Below, piece by piece: positions 1-15,034 of a DNA stretch of 64,000 bases. The DNA comes from Paraspadella gotoi (Eukaryota; Animalia; Chaetognatha): NCBI GenBank assembly GCA_051294375.1, contig CM119271.1, positions 4,197,705 to 4,261,704 on the forward strand, in the 5' to 3' direction. Below the pieces are notes generated by a model. It was not told the origin of the DNA. It saw only the letters and a program-made list of their open reading frames with translations, and ran no database searches. Each line of letters starts with the position of its first letter. Within the stretch, counting starts at the first letter, position 1. Position numbers and translations under genes: made by a program.

Positions 1-1570
1 GTAAGCGTTCTCTTCCGTCCTTTCCTTTCTCCCATTTTCATTCAAATTTTTTCCCCTTAATTTTAAAATTCGAACGTTTTCTTTCTTTTTCGCTTCGAAT
101 TAAACATTTTTTTTGGGTTAAACTTAATATCTAATATAATCTCTTCACGTTAATACTCCCTGCCACAACATAAACTTAAAATCTCAACATAGCGAATTAA
201 AATACAAAATGTAATTTATTTAAGTAAATTTATACCGTTACATTTTAAACGAAGGTCTTAAAAGATATTAGGTGTCCATTAAGAACACCAAAACAACCTG
301 GACGACAATCAAAACAACAAAAATAACAACGAAACGACAAAACAACTACGCCCGCCGCCCGCGAGACGCCGCCAACGAATCAAATAGTCGTGGCGTCGCT
401 CGAACTTACCCGCCTTACCCTCCCCTTACTCTAAACCCACTTTCTTTCCACCGACCCCCCGCTTTTTTCCCCCTTTGTTCATTTTCTTAGCCTCACCCGG
501 GAGAGTGAGTCTTTACTCTCGACGGGTCAGACTCACGATTTTTTTTTCTTGAGGGGGGACAGGTGGGTGGGTGGGGAAGAAAAGTGGAAAAAGTTGTCCC
601 AAAGGACAGAATGACCCAGGAGGGTGAAAAGAAAAGAAAAGAGAGGGCGCGAGAGAGCTGCGCTTATTGAAAAAAAAAAACATTCGCGACGCCGTTTCGT
701 CGCGCGTCTAAAAATAGTTTAGACGTCGGCTCCACGCCCACTCTTTAAGGGGAGGGGGGAGAGAGAAGGGGGCGTCGAGGGTTGACAACGGATTTTAATC
801 TTGTATAACAATGAAATACAATCAATAATAAAATTATCCATTCATTTTATAAATAAGCCATCTTGCCCCTGACTTTGGACAGTCTTTGGTGGTTTAAGGC
901 CTCCATCACTCTTACAAGATAATGACATAGCAGGTCCCTGCAAGATTTTAATCAAGACTCTTTCACAGTCTCGTTTATGCACTCCCAGAGTACCTGGCTT
1001 CCCTATCAATGAAGTTGTATAATATTTCAAAGAATGTTTCAATTGTTTAAAAAGACCACTCCCTTAAGTAATATATGGGAGAATACTATATTGTACTCCG
1101 CACAATATCATTTTTATAAGTATTCAATACTTCTTTGCAGTATTAGACCATTCGTAAAGTGGTAGAATAAATTTAGAGGTTTCAGCTCGGGGAAGTTGCT
1201 TTAAAAGACCGGATCACTTTGCTGTTAAGCGGCCGCCAGTCTTGAACACGAAACCTTTGAAGTGACGTGGCTTACGTCTTGCTTCCGTCAACAAAGAGAA
1301 TTTTAGGTCACAACATACGTAAGTGAAATGAAATCTTATCCCTCGGATGCATAAAAAAAGTCAGTCGGACTTCAATCGAGGGCCAATGGGCCAAGTTAAT
1401 CGGGCTTCAAAGGAGGGCGTGCCACTCCGGCTTTAATTCGGGGGCGTGCCACTCTGACTGAGATGGGGAGCGTGCCCCTCGAAATTGATAAGAAAAAATC
1501 CCCACAGAAAAGGAAAAAATAAGAGGCGGGAAGAAAATAATAAAAAGCATCAAGGATCAAGCCATGATGA
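1..1570 (+). repeat. First arm of an inverted duplication (partner at 3930-6570); probable assembly artefact
   Basis: Several anchors reappear reverse-complemented. 1-180 matches ~6370-6570, GACAGTCTTTGGTGGTTTAAGG (~878-899) matches ~4970-4991, CCCTTAAG...GAGAATACTATATTG (~1061-1093) matches ~4625-4656, and 1495-1560 matches ~3940-4015. Confidence 0.85.
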
Positions 1571-3290
1571 TAGTCATTCAATTGATGCGATGATAGTCAT
1601 TCATTGACGCGATGAATCATTCATCGTAAATAAACAAACAAATGCGTGTATGAGTGAAAGAGAGAGAGCAGAGAGAGAGAGAGAGAGAGAGCCGAGAGAG
1701 AAGAGAGAGAAGTCAAGGCTGGACAGTTTTCCCGCCAAGAACGCATTAATTAGGTTCCTCTCGTTATATAAAGAATAATCAGAATTTTAGGAAAAAATCC
1801 ACGAAAACTCTCGGATGTAAATTTGGGATTTGTATCGAGAAAAAAGGCGCGGAAATAATGCGCGATAACTAAGTTTGAAGGAAAAAAGAGAGAGAGAGAG
1901 AGAGAGAGAAGAGAGAGAGAGAACTGGAAGCCGCTGGCCCGCCGCAGGACCGCCGGCTGCAGAGCTGAAACTCCCTTTCCGACGAATTGAGTAGGGAACG
2001 AACTCTCTTTCCTTTCTATAAAAAAATATTACAAAATAAATATTTGGGTAAGAGCATTAAGAAATTTTTTTGTACATTGAAAGTAAACTTAAAAAATGCA
2101 TAAATTTTTTCGTTTTAAGGCATGTTCCCATACTAAATCTTTTGATTCACCCCATTGAGAGGGGCTACCTCTATTCCAGAAAAAAAAAAACTAAACTCTT
2201 TCAATAATAATGATCCAAAAATTATAATCCCTATTAACAAAAATATATAGTTGAAAATACTCAGTTCACGACTAATGAATTTTTGACTTCCAAATATTTT
2301 TTTTACTTATCAAAAAAATTTTATTCCTTCATTTTAAAAAATTTTAATTCTGAATGAAATTTTTGATTGTTCTTTTTTTAGGAAGAAACAGACCGAGATC
2401 AAATTTATATTTGCATAATTTAATTAATTTATAAATAGTTAATCACAACTCAAATAATTATTATTTAAAAAAAGATAAAAAATGATTAAATATATACACT
2501 AAATATTTATAAAATTAATAATAGTATAAAATTAATCAGAATCAAAAGTAATTTATTTTGACTATATCCTCTTATTGTCAACTCCTATTTTAGATATAAT
2601 TTGCCAATAGTGGGCCACCGGTTCAAGTTACAATAATCAATAAATACAAAAATTTATTTTATTTAATGTAATGCATATGTCAATACTGTTTTGGTATTAA
2701 TAAAAAAAAAAAAAAAATATTGTTCGGTGAAAGTGCTGCAATATAATAAGCCACATCTAGCTGATGTACATGTGACAATTGGCACTGTCATATAAGTTAT
2801 TCTTTTACTTTTTTTTAAATAATGTATCCACGAAAATCTCGGTGTAATATTTGGGATTTTGTATTGGAAAAAACCCCGAATAAAAGGTTTTAGAAAGAAA
2901 AACATAATCATAAATTTTCAAAAAAAATAATCAATCAGCGCAAGAGTCGTTAGAGAGAAGAGAGAGAAGAGAGATGAGAAGAGAGAGAGAGAGAGATGCA
3001 GACGAGAGAGAGAGAGAGAGACAACGGAAAGAGAGACAAAAGCTTTGGACAGCTGCTTGAAGCCGCTGTACGTCAGTGGCAGAAACTCGACTTCGTTTTT
3101 TCCTGAAAATAAAGAATAAAGAATAAAAGAAATAAAAGAAGGCAAAAAATGTTAGCAATGTTACAATTTTGAATTTTTCCAATTTTTTCATCGCAGCTTT
3201 GTAAAAGATTTTATTTTTTATTTGTATTAAAATTAAGATATAGCTTCTCATTAAAAGTTATTTTGAAGTTCCTCTATTTTTTTTATTAGA

Positions 3291-3337
<47 letters not shown>

Positions 3338-3929
3338 AAAAAAAAAAAAAAAAAATTTTTTTTTTGGAGTTTCATCTTCAATATTATATACTGCAAATGT
3401 AAATAGATTTAAAGCACATTTCCCCCCCTATATACTAATTTGGATATGATAATGGGTACATAATCCATTTGCATTATTGGCAGTAAATGCCTAAATGAAA
3501 TGGAACATGCAAACAAAAAATAACTTAAATCCAAATGTAATGAAGAAAATATCAAAGCTAATTTTCAAGATGAGAAGCCATATCCTAACTTTTTAACCTT
3601 ACCTATGAATGCAGCACTTTTGCGGTAAAAACTTTATCATAATTCATAATAATTTTATTTAAAAAAAAACGGCTAAGTCACAGCCAAACCTATAAAAGCG
3701 TAGTAAGGTTTTTATATATATAAACAGCGTGACGGACGACAGACGACGACGAACCGACTCTAACGACTACGTAAGCAAAGAAAGCTAACCCGAATGAATA
3801 ATCAAGCTGAACCGGCTTCGCCGGTATGGGCTTGATAAAATCCACAGAAAACGGAAAAATAAGAGGCGGGAAGAAAATAAACCAATATAAAGAAAAAAGA
3901 CCGNNNNNNNNNNNNNNNNNNNNNNNNNG

Positions 3930-6570
3930 TGAAGATGATTTTGATCGATGGTCTTTTTTCATTATTGTTTATTTCTTTCCCGCCTCTTATTTTTCCTTTT
4001 CTGTTGGGGATTTTTACTTAGTTCAATGTTCGAGGGCACGGTGCTCCCCAGTCATCTCCGAGTCAGAGTTGGCCGCTCTAGTAGAAGAAGGAGAGGTTGG
4101 GCCGGCAATGGTGTATAAAAGACAGCGGAGTGGGCCATCGACCTCAACAGTCACGGCAATTTGAAGCTCCTTGGCTCGACTCTAATCTATTTGTTTGTTC
4201 CTCTCCTTGTGTTCCTCCTCTCGATTTTGAGTTCCGGACTGACTCTTATTTCTATTCATGGGCGAGAGGATAACGTAATAATATTCATTTCACTGTCACA
4301 GTAAGTAGCTCTGTTGAACAATGGTTTTCCTATACTCCCTTTGTTGGGCGCAAGGTAGCTAAGAAAAGTGCTAAAGCATCGTACACATTCAAAGGATTTG
4401 CGGTGTTCAAAGACTGCGCGCGCCGCTTAAACAGCGTCAAAAATGTGGAATTCATTTGCGGTTTTCATTTCTCAGGAGTACGAATTTTCTGTCCTTAGCT
4501 GGATAATGGTTCATATATCTATCTACCAGCTCTTAACAGTGTTTGAATGGTGATATACTGCTACGTCTCTCGCAATTACTTATTAAAAAGATGATATTGT
4601 GACGAGAATGCAGGATAAAAAGTCCAATATAGTATTCTCCCCAATATACTTAAGGGAGGGTTGCGTCATCGATTTGTTTAATTTTCAAATATATTAGAAA
4701 AATAAAATCAATTCGTTGTGAAATATAGATAACACAAACTGAGCTCAGTTAAGAAGGCTAGTGGGATAACGACTTACGAAAGCCGGTATCTTTCTTGAGG
4801 GTAAGCTCTCGATTACTATAAGCGCATAACGAGACTAGTTGAAAGAGTGCTATGAGATTATAAAAAATCTTCAAGAGATCCTGACTCTCCTTAAAAAAAC
4901 AATCAGAATAAGAATAATAATGTTATATCTATCGAGGATAACTGAAGAAGTCTCCGGGGTCAGATCGCGCCTTAAACCACCAAAGACTGTCCTAATCAGT
5001 TTCGTGCACCTCACAGTTACAATAACAAGACTTAAGGCTTAGTCTGATATTTAAACATTATATGAATGTGTGTAGGCAAGTCAAAAATATATTTATTAAT
5101 CCGAACATTAGTAAAACTCTATCGAATTTAATTTTGTTTCTAATAAAAAATTTAATATCAATATTAATATAGAACTCAATAAAAAATACTACACAACAGT
5201 GCGTTTGAAATAACGGTCATATCCGCGTCGTCCGTAGCTGGGCGCACTCTCACCTCTCACTCTCCCCCTTGCTCACCCTTTCGTGAAAAGAAAAGATTAA
5301 TAATATATACAACACCAATTATGTAATGATTCTTGTTTTCTAAAAGAGTCGATTAAAGAATTCGCTAGTTGGGATTATATTACAATTTAGTTATATGTAT
5401 GCTATCCTTACAGCTAGAACTTTTACCCTTGGGACATTTTGTAGTCGGAAATTAAGCGCTCTAATGTACTTGAAATCAGGAAAGCCAAAGAGAGTTAAGT
5501 AATGCATAGTAATGCAAAATAACGAATTTTTCGGAGCTCAATAAATTTAAATAATATTGATCGTAGGACGATTGTATCTCTCGACGGGGGTCTTGCGAAT
5601 GTTTTGTATTTTTTTATTCAATACAGCAGCAGCTCTCTCGCCGTGCTACTATTTCTTCTCCTCTCTTCTTTTCACCCTCACTGGAGGCAAATTCTTGTCC
5701 TAATGTTGACATTACTTTTATCCACTTTCTTCACCCACTCCACCCTGACCTGTTCCACCTCCCACCTTCAAAGAAAAAAATTTAAATCTGTAGGAGTCTG
5801 GACCTTACGGCGTCGAGAGTAAATGACTCAACTCTCCCACGCGTTCGGTCTGAGGCTAAAGCAAATCAGAACAAAGGGGGCGTCAGAGAAAAAAGAGCTG
5901 GTGTCTGAGTAAATGGAATAAATACATGGTGGGTCTCGCGTTGGGTGGCAAAGAAATAAGTGTGATCATTTTAAATAAGAATAATGGGTAGAAGTAAAGA
6001 GGTTGTGAAGTGTAAGGCCGTGAGAGTTAAAGTATACGATATGGCAACGATACGCTCCACGAACATATGAGGTTGGCTGTTGGCGGCGTGTTCTCTCGCG
6101 GGGCAGGCTCTTGGTCCTTATGATAGATATGTTTTTGTCCGTTCGTTGTTTATTTTTTGTTGTTATTGATTGTGCGTCCAGTGATTAGTTTTGGTGTTCT
6201 TTACGATGGACACACATATATCTTTAAGACCTTGTTTTAAATGTACAGGGTATTAGAAATCTACTACATAAATCAATATAACAACCATTTTGTATTGTTC
6301 TGATTAATTGCTATGCTGCTTATGGCATCTTGATGATTTTTTAAATGCATGAAGATTAATGTTCATGCCATTCAGCGGCGGAGTATTAACGTTGAAGGAT
6401 TATAGTTAGATATTAAGTTTAACCCAAAAAAAATGTTTAATATTCGAAAAGCTGAAAAAAGTAAAACTAATAGAGAAAACGCTACTGAGGAAGTTTTAAA
6501 ATTAAGGGTGAAAAAAATTGGATATGAAATGGGTGAGAAGATGGAAGGACGGAGAGACGGTACGCTTTAC
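3930..6570 (-). repeat. Second, insertion-inflated arm of the inverted duplication of 1-1570
   Basis: Collinear reverse-complement copy of 1-1570, about 2.6 kb long because of many small insertions. It starts directly after the 25-N gap at 3904-3928. Confidence 0.8.
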
Positions 6571-8861
6571 CAAATGGTATCGATTCTTCTCTCCTCTCAT
6601 TCTCTCTCTCGTCTCTTTCTCTCTTCTCTCTCTCTCTCTGCTCTCTGCGAGGTCTCTCCTCGATCTCCTCCTCATCTCTTCTTACTGCTCTCTCCCTATT
6701 ACCTTGCCTTTTCCCGCTTTTCTCTCTTTCTTTCTTTCTTTCCTTTTCTTCTTTTTTCTTTACTTTCTTTCTTCTCTCTTGCAGTTGCAACTTTCTTGCG
6801 CTAAAGCTTTCTTTGGGTCAACATTGTCTCGGGAGACATTTTCAAAATTTTGTTTCTCTCTTTCATATATTAATGTGAAAACATGAAACAAAATCTTTAT
6901 AAAAATCCAGTAACCAGATTTAGTACTTCCATGGAATGTCTTCAGAACTTGTTTTTTATTTGGTGCTACTATTCTTTTCAAAAAAGAATCTTAAAAAAGA
7001 AATCTATTCTAATTCTTTAACTACTTGTCATTAACAATGATGAGAACTCGGAATATTCAGGAGAACGTCAGAAAGAAAAATATATCGAGGCGAGATTTTT
7101 GAAAGATTTCATAATTAAAAAAAAATCGAAAACATCTGTCATTTTTTATATTAAAAAATTTTATCATACATCTCAAAAAGGAATGTATCAATTAAACTGA
7201 AATAAACAATTATTACAAGTCGCCTCCTCCCCATATCTATAAAAAAAAATTTTCATCGTCAATTTTACTCTTTTTAAACTTTTCTTTCGTCTCTACTTCT
7301 TCCATCTCCTTTTTCCCTTCTCTATTATGTATTTTCTTCGTGTATTTCCCTCTCCCCCCGCTCATCTAATTTCTTCTCCCACGATCGTTCCTCTTCCTAC
7401 ATATATACTCATCTAACCTTCCGTTTTTTCAACATATATATATCAATTCTTCTATCCTCTTCCTATTCCTTTTTCTTGCTCTCCTTTGCCATCCTTATTC
7501 TCTCTTTTATGTCTTTTCCATCTTCCTCTTCCATCTATCACGAACTCCCCATGCGCCCCTTTCTCCTCTTTATCCATATAATGCATCTCCGCGCATTTTT
7601 TTCCGCACCCTTCTGGCTTCATCTCGTCTACTAATACATCCATTTGCATCTTTTCCTCTCTCCTCCAGATTCTCTCTAACTGCTGTACATGTTTCCTCCT
7701 TTCTACTCTGATTGTGAGTCTCCCTATCCGATACCACCATATCTCACTCTCTTAATCAGACCTGGTTTTCTACTCTCTCCCTCCCTCCTCTTATCCTTTC
7801 TTACTCTTTGGTCCCTTTCTTATTCTCATCGAGAACTTCATTACGCCTCTATACTCTCCTCATCCCTTTAACTACATCTCCTCCTCTTTTTCCTTTTCCC
7901 ATTCTCCCTTTCTCTCCTCATCTTTGCCTCCCATTCCTCTCTACCTCTGTCCTCCCCTCTTATCTCTCTCTCTCCTACTTCCTCTTCTTACCTTCTCCTC
8001 TTCTCCGCCTTCCTCTATCTCCCTTCCTCTCCCTTCTCCTTGTCCCTTTCTTCATCGCTTTCCTTTCCTCCTCTTCTCTCTTCGTCCCTCTCCTCTCCTT
8101 CTGCCCCTCTCTTTTCCTCTTCCTCACGTCACGACCAAAAAACGTTTTCGCATGTAGAACGCAAATATGATGACGATATTGGAGATGAGAGAGTAGATTT
8201 CCAAACGAAACGAAATACATGGACCACACTTATAAAAAAAAACAAAAATAGGACAGAAAAATATATTCGAAATATAAAACTTTGGCACAGTTTTTATTTT
8301 AAGCAAGAATTTTACCCGAAGTTTTACCTAAAAACTTAACAAATTATTTTCCCCCTAAATTAAATTGGCTTTTGTTTATCCCCAAAAAAATTCATTATGC
8401 TTTACCTTCATGTTAAATAAATTTGTAAACTAACTCCAATTTCATTTCATAAACGATAAACCTCCGCGTTTACGACGAAAGGATAACACGATTCCGCAGC
8501 CGGTATTAAATTATATACATATATAGTAATAATATATATTTTATATTTAGCTATATCCTAAAAAAAGTTTCCCCCTCAGGTGACTCACTCGAACCCCCCA
8601 TTTAAACCCCCCGCACTTCCTTTTTAACACCACTTTATTGAGACCTCCAATATTTCGTTTCTCTATCCTTCCATCTTTCTCCCTTCCTTCACCCGTCTTT
8701 CTCTAACTCCATCCCCCACGAGACACACCCCACCTTAAATCTCCCTCTTCCTCGTCTCCAATAAAAAAAAAAAAAAGAATCTCTCCCTGGAAGGGAAAAC
8801 TGGTTTTCGTCCAAATATCTCTCGTTTTCTTTTTCTCTCGAAAATTGTGGACTTATATTCC

Positions 8862-9223
8862 TTTTTAGTTGCGCCTCGAGTTACTCGCGGAGGCATCTCT
8901 ATAAGTACTTTTCGGGTCGGTCTGTCGTAGCCTGTCTTCGGGTCTGTCCCATTGTTTAAAAATGCTTATAAGTTGCCTATCTAATTGGTTGCTCTTTTGT
9001 TAAGAAAAGAAAAAACCTCAAATCTAAGTGACTTCTTAGCGCCGCCTTTCAGGAAATCCCTAAAACTAAAAGGATAAAAGACGAAAATTTCGATGCAGAG
9101 CATTGTCATAGATACAAGGGGTAAAAAAGGTTTTTTTAATCATGTTTCATTGTCATTGTTCATGTCTATACAATTGAAAATAAAGTCACTGCGCGCAAAG
9201 ACATTTGAATCACCTTTCTTGTT
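8862..9223 (+). mobile_element. DINE-1/HINE-like (Helentron-associated) non-autonomous element, copy A
   Basis: Starts TTTTTAGTTGCGCC...CTCTATAAGT, followed by a GTCG/GTCT microsatellite and the shared core (AAAAACCTCAAATCTAAG...GGAAATCC..AAAACT). Ends ...CTGCGCGCAA..ACATTTGAATCACC.TTCTTGTT. Homologous to four other copies in the window. Confidence 0.7.
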
Positions 9224-12200
9224 GTTCCTTTTTATTCTTTTATTTTTATATTTCTCTTTACTCTATTCTTCGGTACTGGTGCAACGCCAAATTTGAAACC
9301 TGCATCTGATTTCTAATCTTCGATCTCCTCACTAAATTAATTTTTACCTAAATAAATATTTCCAAATCTGTTATCCCAGTCCTCAAAGGCCTAACCCTAA
9401 TCCCTTACCCATAATCAAATTCTTTAAAAAATATTTTTTGTTATTTTTTTTTTATTAATTTTTAAAACGAAATTGGTACGCTTTTAAAATATATATCGGC
9501 CCGTGTCAGTTAACACTTACCAACTAATTAAACTTAACATCCATATTTCTTCTCCTTTCCTTCTCCTTTTCTTCTCCTTACTTGAACCCCATCCACTCTT
9601 ACCTTTCTTTTCCGCCCCGCCGTTCGATGTCATTCCCAACCCCTTCCACCCCCCTTCCCGTCCGTCAGACTCCCTTCCTCCTATTACCCCGCGTCCCCCT
9701 CCCCCGGGCCCCCCCAGACGGTATTTCCACTCAAAACTAATTTCGTGAACGTCAAACGTGTTACCTCATTAGTCATCCGTGCCAAATATTGGAGGCAGGA
9801 GGGCGGCCGGTGGCGGCGTGTGGTTGTGCTAGGGTGGCGGTGGTGGCGGCTCTCGGTGGCGGCGTGGCGGAACTAGGAGTGGTTTCGGCTTGGCTCGGAG
9901 GATGAGGTGCTGAGAATGGTGACCTATTGTATTATGTATTCAACTATCTCAAGACCTTACGCATCATCTTCACTCTCCGCCCCTTCTTTTTCATCAAAAA
10001 GTATATCTACGTGGCCCAGCGAGGTGAATTAGTTTAACCCGCGAACCTTTTTAGGGCTAGGAAAACTCGCATCATTTGGGCGTCTGGTTTGGTCGAATAA
10101 GTGGCTCGTGGTGTAATTAGGTTGTTTGTCTAGGTGGCTTCTTTTAGCCCCTTTTTATTGTTAAAAGTTTTTGACCTTGAGCTTGGAGCATCCTCGCCAT
10201 TTTGAGAAGCTCGACCCGCCATGGCGTGGTGCAACACTCTGTGAAGGAGGAGATACATTGCATTCTGCGTGCTTGTCGATGATTACCCATGAGGGGGAAA
10301 TTAAGGTCCTTTTACTTGTAGTGAAGAGAGAGAGAGAGATCCTGAAACTCAATTAAATGGAACCGATTCCCAGAAACAATAATATCAAAAATAATAAAGA
10401 GGCTTTTTATAGCTCCAGAAGGGAAAAACAGATCAACGACCACCCAATATATATAAGAAAAATATAAAAAAATTAAGCATCTTATTTTAATTTTTCTTAC
10501 TATATATTGCTCAGAGAAAAAAAAACAAAAACTTCAACTTCGGGTAAATTTGAAAAAGAAAAACTAATCAAATTTTATTAAGTTTGATATTTTAGATAAG
10601 TTTAGCTGAATTATTTCTTGTAATATTCATCTCGGTTGGATACCAACTGCGCAATGCGACATTCTGTTCCATGATGAAAATGATGAGAGCGTGAAGAGAT
10701 GAGAGAAAGAATGAGAGAGTAGAGATATGAGAGGAGGACATGAGATGGGTACAATTAGGAGGAACCGAGAAGACGAAAAGGGTAGAGAGAGAGGACGAGA
10801 GAGTGAGAAGAGAGATATAGAGGAGAGAGTATAGATGAGAAACTAGTCCTAGATAATGGTTTGAAGAAGATGAAACTGCTAAATATATTAGATTCAAATT
10901 ATCATTATTCATGACAGATCATACTCACTCAAATGATAAGATTGACACTGAATTTGTTGCTATTTTTAACGCAAATATTGGGTTATTGCTTTTTGTATTT
11001 TTAAAGTGCTCCATATTTAAATTCATAAACAATCCCTTCTAAAACCTTATAAAGACTATAGTCGTAACGGAGAATTTTAGAGGACAATTACATTTTACCG
11101 CAATGTGTTTTTTTATTGTTTGATCTCTTTGTTTCTTATTAATCTGAAACAATAAAAGGATGGTTAACAACAAACCAACCGCAATAATTTTAAAATAAAA
11201 GCTGGCAAAACAACAACTGGAACGGACAAGCGTCCAACAACGCCGCGCGGATGCTCTAGCGGGTTTACGGACGGGAAGCAATTAAATTTTTTTTTTACCA
11301 TAATCCCACTCCTGTTTCCGCGAGACTAGAGTGGACGTGAGAGTGAGAGAGAGAAAAAACAGAGATGAGAGGAGTGAGATGAGAGACAGAGATACAGAAC
11401 GATTAAGAAAGGGGGACTTAAATACTATAAAAACCCAATAATAGTTTAAAAGACGAAAATGATAAAAAAAAAAAACCTAGGTTGAGGAAGAAGATGGAGA
11501 AAGGATTATGGGAGGAAAAAATCTTTTACTTACGTCTTAAATTCGCGTTTTTTGATTGGGAGAGGACGCGCGACTGAGAGTGCCGTTGGGCGACGAGAGA
11601 GAGAGAGAGAGAAGAGAGAGAGAGATTAGAGAGAGAGAGGAGAGAGAGAGAGAGAGATTTATCTAAATCGCGTGACACGTATATCGCAAAACCTATCGGC
11701 GTTCGTTGCCTTGACTACGGTTGCCCTCAGTTGACAGCGTCGGCGAACGTTGGCATCGGCGCCGGAAGGGTTAAATCCGGCGAGAGGTTTACTCCGGCAA
11801 CGGTGGGAGTTTGCGCCGGCATTCGCATCGGCGAAGGGTTACCTCGGCTGTTCCTGATTCGGTCAAACTTTGAAGAGCAGAGCAGTGGCATGCTGCTGTC
11901 GATGACTATGCAGCTTTATATGCTGCAATTAATGCTGCAGTTGATGCAGAGATTGATACTGCTGTTAATGCTGTAGCTACTTAGTCGTCTAAGTTTTCTT
12001 CGTCATCGCAGGAATTGCCGAGTTCAGCTCGGATTACTGCAAGTCAAGCTAATTAGCTTTATTAGTTAAAAACAAGAAAAAAAGATTTTGCTTCACCTCC
12101 CTCCTTCTCCTTCTCCTCTTCCTCCTCCTCCTCCTCCTCCTTCTCCTCCTCCTCCTCTTCCTCTTCTTCCCAATCAACCACACCCAATGTCTCGTCAGTC

Positions 12201-12789
12201 GCCATCTTTGGCGTTGAGATGCCGATAAATCGGCGGNNNNNNNNNNNNNNNNNNNNNNNNNNNNNNNNNNNNNNNNNNNNNNNNNNNNNNNNNNNNNNNN
12301 NNNNNNNNNNNNNNNNNNNNNNNNNNNNNNNNNNNNNNNNNNNNNNNNNNNNNNNNNNNNNNNNNNNNNNNNNNNNNNNNNNNNNNNNNNNNNNNNNNNN
12401 NNNNNNNNNNNNNNNNNNNNNNNNNNNNNNNNNNNNNNNNNNNNNNNNNNNNNNNNNNNNNNNNNNNNNNNNNNNNNNNNNNNNNNNNNNNNNNNNNNNN
12501 NNNNNNNNNNNNNNNNNNNNNNNNNNNNNNNNNNNNNNNNNNNNNNNNNNNNNNNNNNNNNNNNNNNNNNNNNNNNNTCTCTCTCTCTCTCCAAAACTTT
12601 CTATTTTTCTCTCTTTGAAACCTTTATTTTCTAGACAAGTTTTATTAACTATTAACGATTAACTATATTCTATTACTTGGTAAACAAAAAGACGTTTTTC
12701 TCTCTTTGTTGTCGCATCTAATTCCGTTTGAGATTTTCCGTGAAATTGACTTCCTTCATTTCCTTCACTCTTCGTTCGATCATTCTAAA

Positions 12790-12828
<39 letters not shown>

Positions 12829-12833
12829 GTCGA

Positions 12834-12880
<47 letters not shown>

Positions 12881-12981
12881 TAAGAAAGATAGAAAGAAAT
12901 AATGAAAGAATGAATTTTTTTAGCCACGTCCACATTTTCCCTCGCAATCACCGAGTAACTTATCCTTTGTCTCTCTCTCTA

Positions 12982-13069
<88 letters not shown>

Positions 13070-13124
13070 AGGTCACGCTTAATGAAGATCGCGATCTCGT
13101 CTTTGCGGTTTGACCTTTCCTCCT

Positions 13125-13200
13125 CGACCCTGTCGGACCGACCTTGTCGGACCGACCTTGCCGGATCGACCTTGCCGGATCGACCTTGCCAGATCGACTT
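13125..13200 (+). repeat. 14-bp minisatellite (CGACCTTGYCGGAY)n, about 5-6 units
   Basis: Direct reading: cgaccctgtcggac cgaccttgtcggac cgaccttgccggat cgaccttgccggat cgaccttgccagat. Confidence 0.85.
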
Positions 13201-14779
13201 AGCCATTTTGATCCTGATCGGCTTGACCTTGCCGCCTCGATCACGACGGTTCCAACTAACCGGTTTGACCTGGAACCCGGTTCGGACTGACCCGCTTCAA
13301 CTTTTGGGTGGGGAAATGATGCGCTAACGAGGTCCGTGAGGAATGACGATGAAATGATGTCTTGAGACATGAGAGGGAAAAAGGGTATTTTTAATCGCGA
13401 TGATGCTTCATACGCTGTATTTTGTATACCGTATACGCATTACACAGTATACATATACAGCATATACAATATTTAATGCCAGAAAATAACGCATCGAAAA
13501 GACGCTTTGCTTGTTTTTGAAAATAACTACTAAAATAATAGGTTAAAAAATGAAATGAACTTGTCTATAAAAAGCGATAATTTTAAATGATAGGTTCTAA
13601 ACAAAAAAAAAATAAATGGCCATTGGCCAATGGAGACTTTAAATTAAAGTCACAAAGATAATTTTAACGCTACGAAAAAAAAAACTGCATGCAAATTTCG
13701 CAGTCGTACTGACCTCCCGGAAGATTCCGTGGATGACGCTAATTTCGCAGATTTGAAGGAGAAAAGAAAGAGAAGAGGAAGAGGGAGAGAAAAGCCTGTT
13801 GGGAGAAAGGGAGGAATTTGTATTATGAGTTGAAGGTCGGGACGAAACGAAACGAAATACAATTATGTTTATATCGTTTAGTTAAATAGTAGCTTAAATT
13901 TCATTGTAGTAATTTTAATCAATGTGAGAACTAAGTTATTAGTAAATACAGCGAACTACGACTTTTTGTTTCTCGCAAAATCGCAACTGATGTTTTTGTT
14001 TGTTTTTTTTGTTTTAAAACAAAAATTAAGAAATATATTAACTAATAGTAACAGTATTAAAGATGTATCACTCGTCATAAAATAATTGAGCTCCGTCTTT
14101 AATCAGTCATAAAAGGTCAGAAAGGTATTAGTAAACTAAAGCGAAAACTTCGACTGTTCATTCTTTATTTCCTAATTATTTAATTGTTTATCTGTTTTCG
14201 ATATTCGTTCATATTGTTTCGACCTCCGTTTCCGGTTGACCCTTCGTTTAATAATTTGTTTTTTTCTCTCTTCTACCGATAATCCCCTCATTTTTCGCTC
14301 CATCTCTCTCCTTCAGATTTAGTGCTTGATCCGTTTATCCGATCTACTCATTCGCCCTTTTTTTTTTAGCGTCTTAGCTCCACTTAGCCGCTCCACTTAT
14401 CCGCTCTTTGTATCTTCTCCTTTTATGTCTTCGCTATCCCCACTCTCGCTACGCACAAATACATAATATTTTTTCTGTATTTTTTTTACCATTTTAGACT
14501 TATCCTATTATTTTTTTCTTTTAAGATTTTCTTGCTCCTCATTTTTTCTCGAAATTTTTACCTTTTTTTTTTTACCTTTTTTTCCCCTTTCCTCCTTTTC
14601 CTAATTTCCCAATATTCTATCATCCATCTCTATCTTCATTTCAAGCCCTCCGTCCATCCATCTATCCATCCGTCCGTCCGTCCATCCATCTTTCCATCTC
14701 TGCCCCGATTTAACGAGTTTCTCAATATCCTTTCCCCTCCGCTTTTCCGATACAAGTTATCCTTCTCCGTCGATATTTC

Positions 14780-14865
<86 letters not shown>

Positions 14866-14983
14866 ACACACACTCGCACAAACCACAAAAAAAAGTCAGA
14901 TTTTTATCTCAGAGTTGTGCCAATATTTTTTTTCCCTCTCTCTTGTTCATTTATTCCGGTCATAAAAAGAAAGACTATAACCG

Positions 14984-15034
<51 letters not shown>

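Noticed and set aside
3296-3366. Poly(A) tail of a retrocopy
   Set aside because: The A-run directly followed by a T-run lies in a noisy region near a 25-N gap, with no upstream retroelement or TSD identifiable.
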